Of a stretch of 20,000 nucleotides of DNA, positions 19,911-20,000 are shown in pieces (position 1 is the stretch's first letter; every line of letters begins with the position of its first letter). The notes under the pieces are model-generated. The model saw only the letters and a list, made by a program, of their open reading frames with translations. It was not told the DNA's origin and made no database searches. Made by a program: the position numbers and the translations under genes. This stretch comes from Vicugna vicugna. Lineage: Eukaryota. The stretch is taken from assembly GCA_013265495.1 (NCBI GenBank), contig MU058716.1, forward strand, positions 313,144-333,143. Reading direction: 5' to 3'.

Positions 19911-20000
19911 CCTCTTGGGGAGTGATGGAAATGTTAGATGTCTTGATTTTGGTAATGGTTTCATAGGTGTATACAACTATCAAAAATCATCAGGTTGTAC
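19911..20000 (+). mobile_element. Old L1M 3' UTR fragment
   Basis: 'ggggagtgatggaaatgttagatgtcttgattttggtaatggtttcataggtgtatac'. Confidence 0.75.

Noticed and set aside
1..20000. Prokaryotic systems (CRISPR, operons, defence islands)
   Set aside because: The sequence is mammalian; there are no repeat-spacer arrays or dense coding structure.

Overview
Mammalian non-coding genomic DNA, very likely camelid: it carries four tRNA-derived SINEs that match the camelid Vic-1 type and several cetartiodactyl-type L1 3' ends. No recognisable protein-coding gene is present. The ORF track is explained by chance ORFs in GC-rich DNA and by L1 ORF2 remnants. Roughly 40-45% of the window is interspersed repeat (L1 of several ages, L2, MIR, MLT1, MER53, an ERV1/MER41-like solo LTR), with many target-site duplications (TSDs) and nested insertions still readable. 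There is a 98-N gap at 15685-15782. The best leads are: (i) a chain of strong minus-strand splice sites that could encode an unannotated spliced transcript with a 63-aa ORF; (ii) a solo LTR directly upstream of a plus-strand 130-nt intron candidate, with a Kozak ATG inside the LTR; (iii) GAS and ISRE motifs around that LTR; (iv) five AP-1 sites in the first 1.8 kb; (v) an unusual three-part inverted L1 inside one TSD. Repeat family names come from recalled consensus sequences, not from a database search. All transcript models are hypotheses.
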